Positions 49,730 through 60,813 of a DNA stretch of 64,000 nt are shown piece after piece. Numbering within the stretch: position 1 is the first letter of the stretch; every line of letters starts with the position of its first letter. The position numbers and the translations under genes are program-made. The stretch is from an uncultured Pelagibacteraceae bacterium. GTDB taxonomy: Bacteria > Pseudomonadota > Alphaproteobacteria > Pelagibacterales > Pelagibacteraceae. The notes beneath the pieces are model-generated. The model was not told the origin of the DNA and searched no databases. It worked only from the letters and a program-made list of their open reading frames with translations. The stretch is from positions 34,313 to 98,312 of the forward strand of contig CABZAZ010000002.1 of the NCBI GenBank assembly GCA_902523895.1, written 5' to 3'.

Positions 49730-49750
49730 TAGGTCATAATTATTGACCTA
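49730..49750. promoter_or_regulatory. Inverted repeat, candidate operator upstream of gltDB
   Basis: TAGGTCA-N7-TGACCTA with perfect arms. Confidence 0.55.
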
Positions 49751-49806
49751 AATAATACTTTTATTACTAAAAACAATGTATAATTTGCCGAAAATTTAAA
49801 GATTCT

Positions 49807-51246
49807 ATGACTGATAAAATGTTAAAATTTGTGAAAATAGGTCAACAAACTCCACCTAAAAGAAAGATTGGCACAAGAAAAGATGATTTTAATGAGATCT
49901 ATGACGAGTTTGTAACTAAAAAAGCTGAGGAACAATCAAGCAGATGTTCTCAATGCGGAGTTCCATTTTGCCAAGTACATTGTCCCTTAAGCAACAATAT
50001 TCCAGATTGGTTAAAACTTACAGCTGAGGGAAGATTAAAAGAGGCCTACGAATTATCTCAAAGCACTAACAATATGCCGGAGGTGTGTGGAAGAATTTGT
50101 CCTCAGGACAGATTGTGTGAGGGTAACTGCGTTATTGAGCAATCAGGACATGGAACAGTTACTATTGGTTCAGTTGAGAAATATATTAATGATAAAGCAT
50201 GGGAACAAGGCTGGGTTAAACCAATTTCTCTAAAACATGAAAAAGACCAAAGTGTTGGAATAATTGGTGCCGGTCCTGCAGGATTGGCAGCCGCTGAGCA
50301 GCTAAGGAAAAATGGATATAAAATTACTGTTTATGATCGATATGATCGCGCAGGTGGATTATTAATTTATGGAATTCCAAATTTTAAACTTGAAAAACAT
50401 GTAGTTGAGCGAAGAACAAAGTTGTTAAAGGATGGTGGGATAAAATTTATTCAAAATTTTGAAGTTGGCAAAGATGCAACTCTAGAACAGTTACGAAAAA
50501 AACATGATGCAATTTTAATAGCGACGGGTGTATATAAACCAAGAGAAGTTGAATTACCTGGTAATGATTTAGGTAATATTTTTCCTGCAATGGAGTTTTT
50601 GACAGCATCAAATAAAAAAGGCCTAGGAGATAAAGTGGAGTTATTTGATAAAGGAATTTTAAACGCTGAGGGAAAAGATGTTGTCGTGATAGGTGGTGGT
50701 GACACAGCAATGGATTGTGTAAGAACTTCAGTAAGACAAAAAGCAAAATCGGTAAAATGTTTATATAGAAGAGATAAAGAAAATATGCCTGGATCTTCTA
50801 GAGAAGTTGCAAATGCTGAGGAAGAGGGTGTAGAATTTGTTTGGCTTTCTAGTCCAAAAGAATTTAAGGGAAAAAATAAAATCGAAAATTTAGTTGTTAA
50901 TCAAATTGAATTAGGTGAACCAGATGAATCAGGAAGACGAAAACCAGAAATTAAAGAAGGTTCAGAATTTATGGTGAAAGCCGATATGGTAATCAAAGCT
51001 CTTGGATTTGATCCAGAAAATTTACCATTATTATTTGATGCACAAGAGTTACAAGTAACAAAATGGGGAACAATTAAAACTGATTTTAATACGATGGAAA
51101 CAAATCTAAAAGGTGTTTTTGCTGCAGGAGATATTGTAAGAGGAGCGTCGTTAGTAGTATGGGCAATCAAAGATGGGAGAGATGCAGCTTCTTCTATGAA
51201 AACATATTTAGAAAATATGCAATTAAAAAAAACAAAAGTAGCTTAA
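49807..51246 (+). CDS. gltD: Glutamate synthase small subunit
   Basis: RCSQCGVPFCQVHCP, GRICPQDRLCE, GAGPAG, GGGDTAMDC. Confidence 0.97.
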   Translation: MTDKMLKFVKIGQQTPPKRKIGTRKDDFNEIYDEFVTKKAEEQSSRCSQCGVPFCQVHCPLSNNIPDWLKLTAEGRLKEAYELSQSTNNMPEVCGRICPQDRLCEGNCVIEQSGHGTVTIGSVEKYINDKAWEQGWVKPISLKHEKDQSVGIIGAGPAGLAAAEQLRKNGYKITVYDRYDRAGGLLIYGIPNFKLEKHVVERRTKLLKDGGIKFIQNFEVGKDATLEQLRKKHDAILIATGVYKPREVELPGNDLGNIFPAMEFLTASNKKGLGDKVELFDKGILNAEGKDVVVIGGGDTAMDCVRTSVRQKAKSVKCLYRRDKENMPGSSREVANAEEEGVEFVWLSSPKEFKGKNKIENLVVNQIELGEPDESGRRKPEIKEGSEFMVKADMVIKALGFDPENLPLLFDAQELQVTKWGTIKTDFNTMETNLKGVFAAGDIVRGASLVVWAIKDGRDAASSMKTYLENMQLKKTKVA

Positions 51247-54200
51247 TGGAAAATTATAAAAAAAATTTAGAGTTACTCACAAAAAATCATGTTTATTCAA
51301 AAGAGATGGAACACGATGCTTGTGGAGTTGGTTTAATCGCATCTACAGAAGGAAAAAAATCTAGGGCTATAGTTGAGTATGGAATTGAAGCTTTAAAAGC
51401 AGTTTGGCACAGAGGTGCCGTTGATGCAGATGGTAAAACGGGTGATGGAGCTGGAATACATGTTGAAATTCCTAAAGACTTTTTTATAGAAAAAATACAA
51501 GTTACCGGACACGATTATGATAATTCTGAAATTTGTGTAGGAATGATTTTTTTACCCAGAAATGACTATTCAGCGCAAGAGAGTTGTAAAACAATAGTTG
51601 AGAGTGAACTAACTAAAAATAATTTTAGTATATATGGTTGGCGACAAGTACCGGTAAATTCAAAAGTTTTAGGGGAAAAAGCTCTTCAAACCATGCCAGA
51701 AATCATACAAGTTCTTTTTAAACCTAATGATCCAAATTTATTAGATAAAAACTTAGAGAGAAAAATTTATGAAATAAGAAAGAGAATTGAAAATAAAGCT
51801 TTTGATGCCTCATTGAATAATTTTTATATTTGTTCAATTAGTTCAAAATCTATAATTTATAAAGGGCTATACTTAGCAGAGTCTTTATCTGATTTTTATT
51901 TAGATCTTAGAGATTCAAGATTTATTTCAAGATATGCAATTTTTCATCAAAGATTTTCAACAAACACCGCACCGAGCTGGAGCTTAGCCCAACCATTTAG
52001 GGCCATAGCGCACAATGGTGAGATAAATACTTATAAAGGTAATAAAAACTGGATGAAAGTTCACGAACAGGAAATGAGTAGCCCACTTTTCGAGGACATA
52101 GAAAATTTAAAACCAGTAATCCAAAAAGGTGTCTCTGACTCTGCAGCGTTAGATAATGTATTTGAATTATTAAATAAATCAGGCCAATCTGCACCATTAG
52201 CTAAATTAATGCTAGTACCGGATGCATGGTCAAAAAAAAATAAGACATTATCAAAAAGTCATCAGCAATTATTTAATTTTTTAAATAGCACAATGGAACC
52301 ATGGGATGGACCTGCTGCTATTGCTGCTACAGACAATGAATGGGTTATAGCTGCAAATGATAGAAATGGTCTTAGGCCTTTGAGATATGCCATTACAAAA
52401 GACAAAATGATCTTCGCAGGCTCAGAAACAGGAATGATTGATTTAAATGAAAAAAAAATTTTAACCAAGGGAAGACTTGGTCCTGGTGAAATTATCGGGG
52501 TTAGAATTGAAAAAGGTAAAGTTTTTTCTAATAGCCAAATAAAAGATTATTTGGCTAAAGAATTTAAACACTTCAATTCTCAAATAATTGATCTAGATGA
52601 AAAATTGTTAATTTCCAATGAAAAACATAATTTTGATGGCGAAAGCCTAAGGAGAAGACAATATACTTTCGGAATAAGTTTAGAGGATCTAGAACTTATC
52701 TTACATCCAATGGCAGAAGATGCAAAAGAAGCAACAGGTTCCATGGGTGATGATACCCCTTTAGCTGTGTTATCTGATAAGTATAGACCACTTTACCATT
52801 TTTTTAGACAAAATTTTAGCCAAGTAACTAATCCGCCAATTGACTCTTTAAGAGAAAATAAAGTGATGAGTTTAAAAACTAGATTCGGAAATTTAGGTAA
52901 TATTCTTGATTTTGATACTTTAACTAAAGAGAATATTTATGTTTTAAATAGCCCTATTCTATCAAATTCACAATTTAATAAGTTCACTAATTTTTTTGGT
53001 AAAAATTCAGTAACTATTGATTGTTCATTTTCACAAGATGACAATTTAGAAAATTCTATTAACAGGATCCAAAAAGAGTCTGAAATTGCAGTAAGACAAG
53101 GCATTACTCAACTGATTTTAAGTGACAAAAATCTCTCATCTGAAAGATTGCCAATGCCTATGTTATTATGTGTCGGAGCCATAAACACATTTTTGATACA
53201 AAAAAAATTAAGAGGTTATGTTTCTATAAATATTCAGTCTGGAGAGGCTATAGATACTCATTCGTTTGCAACATTAATCGGAGTTGGAGCAACTACAGTA
53301 AATCCATATCTGGCTTTTGATAGTTTATATCAAAGATATGAAAAAAAACTTTTTGGCCAATATAGTTTTGATCAGTGTGTACAACGCTACATTAATTCAG
53401 TTAATGCGGGTTTATTGAAGATAATGTCAAAAATGGGGATTTCAGTTTTAAGTTCTTACAGAGGTGGATGTAATTTTGAGACAGTAGGATTGAGCAGAAC
53501 AGTTGTAAATGAATACTTTCCTGGAGTTACCTCAAAAATTTCAGGTATTGGTTTAGTTGGAATTGAAAAAAAAATAAGAGAAATTCATAAAGAAGCATTT
53601 GAAAGTACAGAAACTATATTGCCAATTGGAGGTATTTATAGATATAGGAAAAACGGAGAAACACATCAATATCAAGGAAAGCTAATTCATTTATTACAAA
53701 GTGCTGTAGGCTCTAATTCATATGAAGCATATAAAAAATATGCTGATGGTATATATAATTTACCACCAATAAATTTGAGGGATCTAGTTGATTTTAGAAA
53801 AAAAAAATTAGGCCCATCAATTAACTTATCAGAAGTTGAACCAATAGAAAAAATATTAAAAAGATTTGGTAGTGGAAGCATGTCCCACGGTGCTTTATCT
53901 AAAGAAGCGCATGAAACACTCGCTATTGGAATGAATAGAATTAAAGGAGCTTCTTGTAGTGGTGAAGGTGGAGAAGATGCAGAAAGATTTAAAGTGATGG
54001 ATAGTGGTGATAGTGCAAATTCTAGAGTTAAACAAATTGCATCTGCTAGATTTGGTGTGACTGTAAATTACTTGAATAATTGTAATGAAATAGAAATCAA
54101 AATGGCACAAGGCGCTAAACCAGGGGAAGGCGGTCAGTTACCTGGCTTTAAAGTAACAAAGGAAATTGCAAGACTACGACATTCCACACCAGGAGTAACA

Positions 54201-55751
54201 CTAATTTCTCCACCTCCACACCACGATATTTACTCGATAGAAGATTTGGCACAACTGATTTATGATTTGAAGCAAACAAATCCAAAAGCACGAGTTGGCG
54301 TTAAGTTAGTCGCATCATCAGGAATCGGAACCATCGCTGCAGGTGTAGCTAAAGCGAAAGCAGATATTATTTTAATTTCGGGTCATAATGGAGGAACAGG
54401 CGCAACTCCTCAAACAAGTGTCAAATATGTTGGAATACCTTGGGAGATGGGTCTCACTGAGGCAAATCAGGTTTTAACATTAAACAATTTAAGACACAAA
54501 GTTACATTGAGAACTGATGGTGGTATTAAAACTGGAAGAGATGTTGTTATTGCTGCAATGATGGGAGCAGAAGAATATGGAGTTGCTACAACAGCTCTAG
54601 TGGCAATGGGATGTATAATGGTAAGACAGTGCCACTCAAACACTTGTCCAGTAGGTGTTTGTACACAAGATGAAAAATTAAGAGAAAAATTTACCGGTAC
54701 TCCAGACAAGGTTGTAAATTTATTCACTTTTATTGCATCTGAAGTAAGAGAAATTTTAGCCGAATTAGGTTTTAAATCATTAAATGATATTATTGGAAGA
54801 ACTGATTTATTAATGCAAGTTAATAAAGCTTCACCAAATTTAGATGATTTGGATTTAAATCCGCTATTTGTTCAGGCAGACCCAGGAAACAATAAAAGAT
54901 ACTGCGAGTCGTTGGAGATCAATAAAGTACCAGAAACATTAGACCAGGAAATTTGGCCAGAAATAGAAAAATCTTTAGATAATTCAGAAAAAGTTGAGAA
55001 AGAATTTATTATCAAAAATACAAACAGGGCAGTTGGTACAAGAATTTCACATCATCTTTACAAAAAGTATGGTTACGAAAAACTTAATGAAAATTTTCTT
55101 ACATTAAATTTCAAAGGTTCTGCGGGTCAGTCATTTGGTGCTTTTTCATCAAAAGGATTAAAATTAAATCTTAAAGGGGATGCAAATGATTATGTCGGCA
55201 AGGGATTGTCAGGCGCTACAATCTCGATAAAACTTTCGGATGAAAGTAATTTAATCTCTAATGAAAATACAATCATCGGAAATACAGTTCTGTATGGAGC
55301 TACTTCAGGTAAACTTTTTGCTGCTGGTCAGGCAGGTGATAGATTTGCTGTAAGAAATTCTGGTGCAACTACAGTTATTGAGGGTTGTGACTCAAATGGT
55401 TGTGAGTATATGACTGGAGGAACAGTGGTCATTTTAGGAAATGTTGGTGACAACTTTGCAGCTGGCATGACCGGAGGTATGGCATTTATCTATGATAAAT
55501 CTAATGAGTTTGAGAAAAAAGTAAATCCAGATTCAGTTGTTTGGCAAAATGTTGAGACAGATTATTGGACAAGTTATTTAAAAGAATTAATTTTAGAACA
55601 TTCAAAGGAGACAGGATCGTTGATATCAAAAAATATTTTTGAAAATTTTGAAGTTGAAATTAAAAATTTTGTTCAGGTTTGTCCAAAAGAGATGATTAAT
55701 AAACTTAAAAACCCAATTACATTTAAGTCTAAGATCAAAGAAGTTAGTTAA
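51246..55751 (+). CDS. gltB: Glutamate synthase large subunit
   Basis: EHDACGVG, HQRFSTNT, EPWDGPA, AQGAKPGEGGQLPG, CHSNTCPVG; likely ATG at 51246 overlaps the gltD stop. Confidence 0.98.
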   Translation: MENYKKNLELLTKNHVYSKEMEHDACGVGLIASTEGKKSRAIVEYGIEALKAVWHRGAVDADGKTGDGAGIHVEIPKDFFIEKIQVTGHDYDNSEICVGMIFLPRNDYSAQESCKTIVESELTKNNFSIYGWRQVPVNSKVLGEKALQTMPEIIQVLFKPNDPNLLDKNLERKIYEIRKRIENKAFDASLNNFYICSISSKSIIYKGLYLAESLSDFYLDLRDSRFISRYAIFHQRFSTNTAPSWSLAQPFRAIAHNGEINTYKGNKNWMKVHEQEMSSPLFEDIENLKPVIQKGVSDSAALDNVFELLNKSGQSAPLAKLMLVPDAWSKKNKTLSKSHQQLFNFLNSTMEPWDGPAAIAATDNEWVIAANDRNGLRPLRYAITKDKMIFAGSETGMIDLNEKKILTKGRLGPGEIIGVRIEKGKVFSNSQIKDYLAKEFKHFNSQIIDLDEKLLISNEKHNFDGESLRRRQYTFGISLEDLELILHPMAEDAKEATGSMGDDTPLAVLSDKYRPLYHFFRQNFSQVTNPPIDSLRENKVMSLKTRFGNLGNILDFDTLTKENIYVLNSPILSNSQFNKFTNFFGKNSVTIDCSFSQDDNLENSINRIQKESEIAVRQGITQLILSDKNLSSERLPMPMLLCVGAINTFLIQKKLRGYVSINIQSGEAIDTHSFATLIGVGATTVNPYLAFDSLYQRYEKKLFGQYSFDQCVQRYINSVNAGLLKIMSKMGISVLSSYRGGCNFETVGLSRTVVNEYFPGVTSKISGIGLVGIEKKIREIHKEAFESTETILPIGGIYRYRKNGETHQYQGKLIHLLQSAVGSNSYEAYKKYADGIYNLPPINLRDLVDFRKKKLGPSINLSEVEPIEKILKRFGSGSMSHGALSKEAHETLAIGMNRIKGASCSGEGGEDAERFKVMDSGDSANSRVKQIASARFGVTVNYLNNCNEIEIKMAQGAKPGEGGQLPGFKVTKEIARLRHSTPGVTLISPPPHHDIYSIEDLAQLIYDLKQTNPKARVGVKLVASSGIGTIAAGVAKAKADIILISGHNGGTGATPQTSVKYVGIPWEMGLTEANQVLTLNNLRHKVTLRTDGGIKTGRDVVIAAMMGAEEYGVATTALVAMGCIMVRQCHSNTCPVGVCTQDEKLREKFTGTPDKVVNLFTFIASEVREILAELGFKSLNDIIGRTDLLMQVNKASPNLDDLDLNPLFVQADPGNNKRYCESLEINKVPETLDQEIWPEIEKSLDNSEKVEKEFIIKNTNRAVGTRISHHLYKKYGYEKLNENFLTLNFKGSAGQSFGAFSSKGLKLNLKGDANDYVGKGLSGATISIKLSDESNLISNENTIIGNTVLYGATSGKLFAAGQAGDRFAVRNSGATTVIEGCDSNGCEYMTGGTVVILGNVGDNFAAGMTGGMAFIYDKSNEFEKKVNPDSVVWQNVETDYWTSYLKELILEHSKETGSLISKNIFENFEVEIKNFVQVCPKEMINKLKNPITFKSKIKEVS

Positions 55752-56490
55752 TTATAATTTTTAACTCTTTTTTTAATATACCTAACCATTTAGGTGAAGA
55801 TAAGCTGTGATCACCATTTTTAATGATAACTAATTTTTTTTTTGAATTTACGAAAATTTTTAAAATTTTTTTGGAATAACTGACAGGGACAGACTCATCC
55901 TTTTGTCCATGAACCATAGTAATCTTTAATTTGTCGTAAATTTTTTTATGAAATACTTTATTTTTCCGGCCATCTTTAATTAGTTGTAAAGAGATTGGAT
56001 ATTCATAATTTCCATGCCTTAAGTTGATAATCCCGTTTTTTGTTATTTCTTTTTTCATTTTTTTTGAAAATTTGTTCCACATTAAACCTTCTAAAAATTG
56101 AGGCGCAGAACCAATTCCTAGAAACCCCACGATCTGTTTTTTAAAAAATTTAAACTGATTCAAAGAAATCCAAGCACCCATGCTAGAACCAATTAATATA
56201 ATTTTATTTTGTTTTACGATTTTTCTAATTAGTAATGCTGTTTCTTTAGTCCATTTTGAAATATTACCATTCGTAAATTTACCAGATGATTTTCCGTGAC
56301 CAGAATATTCTAACGCAAGAAAACCAAGTTTATTTTTTTTAGCAAAGTTAAAAAATGCAATCGGTTTTTTACCCTCTAAATCAGACATAAAACCGGGTAA
56401 AAAAACAATGTAAGGTGTATTTTTTTGGTTGTATTTCATATATCTTAATTTTTTTGATTTATTTATTTTAAAGTAATTGAATTTATTCAT
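55744..56490 (-). CDS. Alpha/beta hydrolase (ABHD10-like)
   Basis: FLPGFMSD..GKK, YSGHGKS, GSSMGAW, GDHSLS. Confidence 0.88.
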   Translation of the reverse strand: MNKFNYFKINKSKKLRYMKYNQKNTPYIVFLPGFMSDLEGKKPIAFFNFAKKNKLGFLALEYSGHGKSSGKFTNGNISKWTKETALLIRKIVKQNKIILIGSSMGAWISLNQFKFFKKQIVGFLGIGSAPQFLEGLMWNKFSKKMKKEITKNGIINLRHGNYEYPISLQLIKDGRKNKVFHKKIYDKLKITMVHGQKDESVPVSYSKKILKIFVNSKKKLVIIKNGDHSLSSPKWLGILKKELKIIIN

Positions 56491-56532
56491 AAAAGTTTAT
56501 TAGTTATCTCTATTATTATATAATCTAAATGT

Positions 56533-57687
56533 ATGTCGTCGAATATAAAAGTTTTGCAAGTCATTCCAAAACTAGGTTACGGAGGTGCAGAAACTGGATG
56601 TTACGATATTGCTCATTATTTACCAGAAAATGGGTGTGAGTCTTTCATAGTTACAAGTGGTGGGGAATTAACAAAATTCATTGATAAAAAAAAAGTAAAA
56701 CTGATTAAACTTCCAGTGCATAGCAAAAATCCATTACTGATTTTGATAAATACAATTTTATTAATTGGGATAATTTTGTTTTTTAAGATTTCAATAGTTC
56801 ATGCAAGAAGCAGAGCACCTGCTTGGTCTTGTTTAATAGCGACAAAGTTAACAAATAGAAAGTTTGTTACAACATTTCATGGCACATATAATTTTAGTGG
56901 AAAGTTAAAAAAATTTTATAATTCTGTAATGGTAAGATCAGATTTAATAATTGCAGGATCAAATTTTATTTTTTCTCATATAAAACAAAATTATTCCAAA
57001 TTAATTACACCAAAAAAAAAATTTTTAGTTATTTTTAGAGGGATAAATATTGATTATTTTGATTCATCTACAAAATTAGAAAATGATGAAAAAGATTTGC
57101 TTCAAAAATGGAATATAAATGACAAAAAAAAAATAATTTTGATGCCAGGTAGGCTTACTTGGTGGAAAGGACAAGAATTATTTATTGAAGCAATCAACCT
57201 AGTTAAAGTTGAATTAGGTTATGAAGCTTTTCATGCGGTTATACTGGGAAATGAACAAGGGAGAGATCTATATAGAAAAAAATTAATACGTCTTACTGAA
57301 CAGCACCGTTTAACAAATCAAATTAAATTTATAGATCATTGTGAGGATATGGCATTGGCATATAAAGTTTCTGATATAATTGTATCTGCCTCAATAGAAC
57401 CAGAAGCTTTTGGAAGAGTAGCAGTAGAGGCACAATCTATGCAAAAATTAATCATAGCTAGTAATATTGGAGGATCTAACGAAACGATTATTGATGAAAA
57501 AACGGGCTTTTTATTTAAATCAGGAGATGCAGCATCTTTGAGTAAAAAAATAATTCGTGGATTAACAATGGACGAAACATCTAAAAATATAATGGGCAAA
57601 GAAGGAAGAAGCAATATAATAAAAAAATTTAATGTTGAAAAAATGTGTTTTTCTACATATTCAGAGTATAAAAGATTATTGAACTAA
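56533..57687 (+). CDS. Glycosyltransferase family 4
   Basis: GGAE, HARSRAPAW, PGRLTWWKGQ, EAFGRVAVEA. Confidence 0.92.
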   Translation: MSSNIKVLQVIPKLGYGGAETGCYDIAHYLPENGCESFIVTSGGELTKFIDKKKVKLIKLPVHSKNPLLILINTILLIGIILFFKISIVHARSRAPAWSCLIATKLTNRKFVTTFHGTYNFSGKLKKFYNSVMVRSDLIIAGSNFIFSHIKQNYSKLITPKKKFLVIFRGINIDYFDSSTKLENDEKDLLQKWNINDKKKIILMPGRLTWWKGQELFIEAINLVKVELGYEAFHAVILGNEQGRDLYRKKLIRLTEQHRLTNQIKFIDHCEDMALAYKVSDIIVSASIEPEAFGRVAVEAQSMQKLIIASNIGGSNETIIDEKTGFLFKSGDAASLSKKIIRGLTMDETSKNIMGKEGRSNIIKKFNVEKMCFSTYSEYKRLLN

Positions 57688-59607
57688 ATGCCTATAATTA
57701 CTTTATCAGATGGAAAAAATATTGAATTCCCAAAAGAAGTTACAGGTTTAGATATTGCAGAAAAAATAAGCAAGTCATTGTTGAAACAAGCATTGATAAT
57801 GAGTGTTGATGGTGAGCTAAAAGATCTTTATTTTTCAATAAAAAAAGACTGTTTGGTAAAAATTTTTACCGCAAAAGATCCTGAGGGTCTTGAAGTTATT
57901 AGACATGATACTGCTCACATTATGGCCATGGCTGTTCAAGAATTATATCCTGGTACACAAGTAACTATAGGTCCAGTAATTGAAAATGGTTTTTACTACG
58001 ATTTTGCTCGAAAGGAACCCTTCACTGAGGATGATCTAAAAAAAATAGAAAAAAAAATGTCAGAAATAATTGACAAAGATGTAAAAACAAGAAAAGAGGT
58101 TTGGAAAAGAGATAAAGCAATAAGCCATTTCAAAAAGATTGGTGAAAAATATAAAGCAGAGATAATTAAGAGTATTCCTGAGAGCGAGGAGTTAACTGTT
58201 TATCATCATGGTGATACTTGGCATGATTTGTGTAGAGGTCCACACTTAGTTTCTTCTGGAAAAATTGGCAAGGCTTTTAAACTTACAAAAGTTGCAGGAG
58301 CATATTGGCGAGGAGACTCAAAAAATGAAATGTTACAAAGAATTTATGGAACTAGTTGGGCATCTCAAAAAGATTTAGATGATTATTTAAAAAGAATTGA
58401 AGAAGCGGAAAAAAGAGATCATAGGAAACTTGGTAAAGAAATGGATTTATTCCATTTTAGAGAAGAGAGCCCAGGATCTGTTTTCTGGCATGAAAAGGGT
58501 TGGGCATTATTTCAAAAATTAATTAATTATATGAGGGCACGCCAAGATGCAGCAGGATATAAGGAAGTAAACACTCCAGAGGTATTAGATAGATTGTTAT
58601 GGGAAAAGTCAGGGCATTGGGAAAAATATGGAGAAAACATGTATACTTCTGAGACTCCTGATGAAAAAGTTTTTGCTATAAAACCCATGAATTGTCCGGG
58701 TCATATACAAGTTTTTAATCAAGGCTTAAAAAGTTATAGAGATTTACCGTTAAGAATTACAGAATTTGGTAAAGTACATCGATATGAACCTTCAGGAGCT
58801 CTTCATGGACTACTAAGGGTAAGAGCTTTTACACAGGACGATGCACATATTTTTTGTTCAGAGGACCAAATTACTAGTGAGTGTTTAAATGTAACTAATT
58901 TAATTTTAGATATTTATAAAGATTTAGGTTTTGAAAAGGTAGTTTTGAAATATGCTGATAGGCCGAAAGTAAGAGTAGGCGAAGATAAAGTTTGGGATAA
59001 AGCTGAAGCATCACTACTAGAGGCAGTTAAAGCAACAAAATTAGAATATAGTATTAATAAAGGAGAAGGTGCTTTTTATGGTCCGAAAATAGAATTTGTA
59101 TTAAGAGATGCAATTGGCAGGGATTGGCAATGTGGAACAGTGCAAGTTGATTTAAACTTACCCGGAAGATTGGATGCGTCTTACATCGACAAGGATGGAA
59201 CAAAAAAAGTTCCCGTAATGTTACATAGAGCATTGTTTGGATCACTAGAAAGATTCATTGGAATTTTAATTGAAAATTACGCAGGTAAATTTCCATTTTG
59301 GATATCTCCCCTTCAAACAGTAGTAATTCCAATTTCAGAAGATTTTAGTGAATATGCAAGTAGAGTTTCAAAAAAAATAAAAGAAGTTGGTATGACTTCT
59401 ATAGTTGATTTAAAGAATCATAATTTGAATTATAAAATTAGAGAACATTCGCTTGCAAAAGTCCCTATTTTATTAATTTGTGGTAAAAAAGAAGTTGACA
59501 CTAACTCAGTAACTATTAGAAAGTTGGATTCTAATAAACAAGAAAATATGCAATTAGAAAAATTTTTAAAAACATATTCTGCTTTAAATAAAGCGTCTTC
59601 AATTTAA
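57688..59607 (+). CDS. thrS: Threonine--tRNA ligase
   Basis: TGS domain, DLCRGPH, RDHRKLG, KPMNCPGH, GAFYGPK. Confidence 0.98.
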   Translation: MPIITLSDGKNIEFPKEVTGLDIAEKISKSLLKQALIMSVDGELKDLYFSIKKDCLVKIFTAKDPEGLEVIRHDTAHIMAMAVQELYPGTQVTIGPVIENGFYYDFARKEPFTEDDLKKIEKKMSEIIDKDVKTRKEVWKRDKAISHFKKIGEKYKAEIIKSIPESEELTVYHHGDTWHDLCRGPHLVSSGKIGKAFKLTKVAGAYWRGDSKNEMLQRIYGTSWASQKDLDDYLKRIEEAEKRDHRKLGKEMDLFHFREESPGSVFWHEKGWALFQKLINYMRARQDAAGYKEVNTPEVLDRLLWEKSGHWEKYGENMYTSETPDEKVFAIKPMNCPGHIQVFNQGLKSYRDLPLRITEFGKVHRYEPSGALHGLLRVRAFTQDDAHIFCSEDQITSECLNVTNLILDIYKDLGFEKVVLKYADRPKVRVGEDKVWDKAEASLLEAVKATKLEYSINKGEGAFYGPKIEFVLRDAIGRDWQCGTVQVDLNLPGRLDASYIDKDGTKKVPVMLHRALFGSLERFIGILIENYAGKFPFWISPLQTVVIPISEDFSEYASRVSKKIKEVGMTSIVDLKNHNLNYKIREHSLAKVPILLICGKKEVDTNSVTIRKLDSNKQENMQLEKFLKTYSALNKASSI

Positions 59608-60153
59608 GTGGCAGATTTTAAACAAAATTATTTTCAGAGAAGAACTAAAGATCGTGGTCCTAGATCTAATAATAGAATTTCATCTCCAGAGGTTCAGGTA
59701 ATAGCAAGTGATGGTGAAAATTTAGGAGTCTTGAGTACAAATGAAGCCATCTCCAAGGCTAAAAATCAAGGTTTAGATTTAATTGAAATAGCTCCCAATG
59801 CCAATCCTCCAGTCTGTAAGATTATGGATATGGGTAAATATAAATATGATGCACAAAAAAAAGCAAATCTCGCGAAGAAAAAACAAAAAATTATTTCTTT
59901 GAAAGAAATAAAGATGAGACCAGTTACAGAAACCCATGACTATGAGTTTAAAGTTAAAAATGCAAAAAAATTTATTGCTAAGGGTGACAAAGTAAAATTT
60001 ACAATAAGATTTAAAGGTCGAGAACTTCAGCACTCACATTTAGGTAATGAGTTAATGACTAAGATTAAAGAGGATATGAAGGAAATAGGCAAAGTTGAGT
60101 TACATCCTAAATTTGATGGAAAGCAAATGATAATGGTAATTCAGCCTTTATAA
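59608..60153 (+). CDS. infC: Translation initiation factor IF-3
   Basis: LDLIEIAPNANPPVCKIMD, KEIKMRP, KVKFTIRFKGRE; GTG start. Confidence 0.96.
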   Translation: MADFKQNYFQRRTKDRGPRSNNRISSPEVQVIASDGENLGVLSTNEAISKAKNQGLDLIEIAPNANPPVCKIMDMGKYKYDAQKKANLAKKKQKIISLKEIKMRPVTETHDYEFKVKNAKKFIAKGDKVKFTIRFKGRELQHSHLGNELMTKIKEDMKEIGKVELHPKFDGKQMIMVIQPL

Positions 60154-60205
60154 GGCTTAATAGTGGTTGTAAATCGACTACATTCTTTGTATAAAATCGC
60201 AAATT

Positions 60206-60412
60206 ATGCCTAAACTTAAAACAAAAAGCTCAGCAAAAAAAAGATTTAAAATTTCTGCCAGAGGTAAGGTAATAACAGCACAAGCAGGTAAAAGGCATGG
60301 TATGATCAAAAGAACAAATTCTCAAATTAGAAAATTAAGAGGCACAACTACTATGTCTAAACAAGATGGTAAAATAGTAAAATCGTATATGCCTTATAGT
60401 TTAAGAGGTTAA
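60206..60412 (+). CDS. rpmI: 50S ribosomal protein L35
   Basis: [15 protein letters not shown]. Confidence 0.97.
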   Translation: MPKLKTKSSAKKRFKISARGKVITAQAGKRHGMIKRTNSQIRKLRGTTTMSKQDGKIVKSYMPYSLRG

Positions 60413-60413
60413 T

Positions 60414-60770
60414 ATGGCTAGAGTCAAAAGAGGTGTTACTAGTAAAGCAAAACATAAAAAAGTTTTGAAAGCTGTAAAAGGCCAATGGGGCAGAAGAAAA
60501 AATACTATTAGAGTTGCAAGACAAGCTATGGAAAAGGCTATGCAATATGCCTACAGGGATCGTAGAAATAAGAAAAGAGATTTTAAATCACTATGGATAC
60601 AAAGAATTAATGCTGGGGTGAGAGCAGAAGGTTTGACATATTCTAAGTTTATTAATGGATTAAATAAATGTGGAATAAAAATTGATAGAAAAATTCTAGC
60701 AGAGATAGCGTATGATAGTCCAGAAGCCTTTAAAACTATCGTCCAAAAAGCTCAATCTGCTTTAAATTAA
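60414..60770 (+). CDS. rplT: 50S ribosomal protein L20
   Basis: [30 protein letters not shown]. Confidence 0.98.
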   Translation: MARVKRGVTSKAKHKKVLKAVKGQWGRRKNTIRVARQAMEKAMQYAYRDRRNKKRDFKSLWIQRINAGVRAEGLTYSKFINGLNKCGIKIDRKILAEIAYDSPEAFKTIVQKAQSALN

Positions 60771-60813
60771 TCTTCACTATTGTTTTATTTCTCTGAAGAA
60801 ATAATCTGTAAGA

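Noticed and set aside
51159-51245. N-terminal extension of gltB in the ORF track
   Set aside because: It overlaps gltD by 88 nt; the TAATG-coupled ATG at 51246 is the more plausible start.
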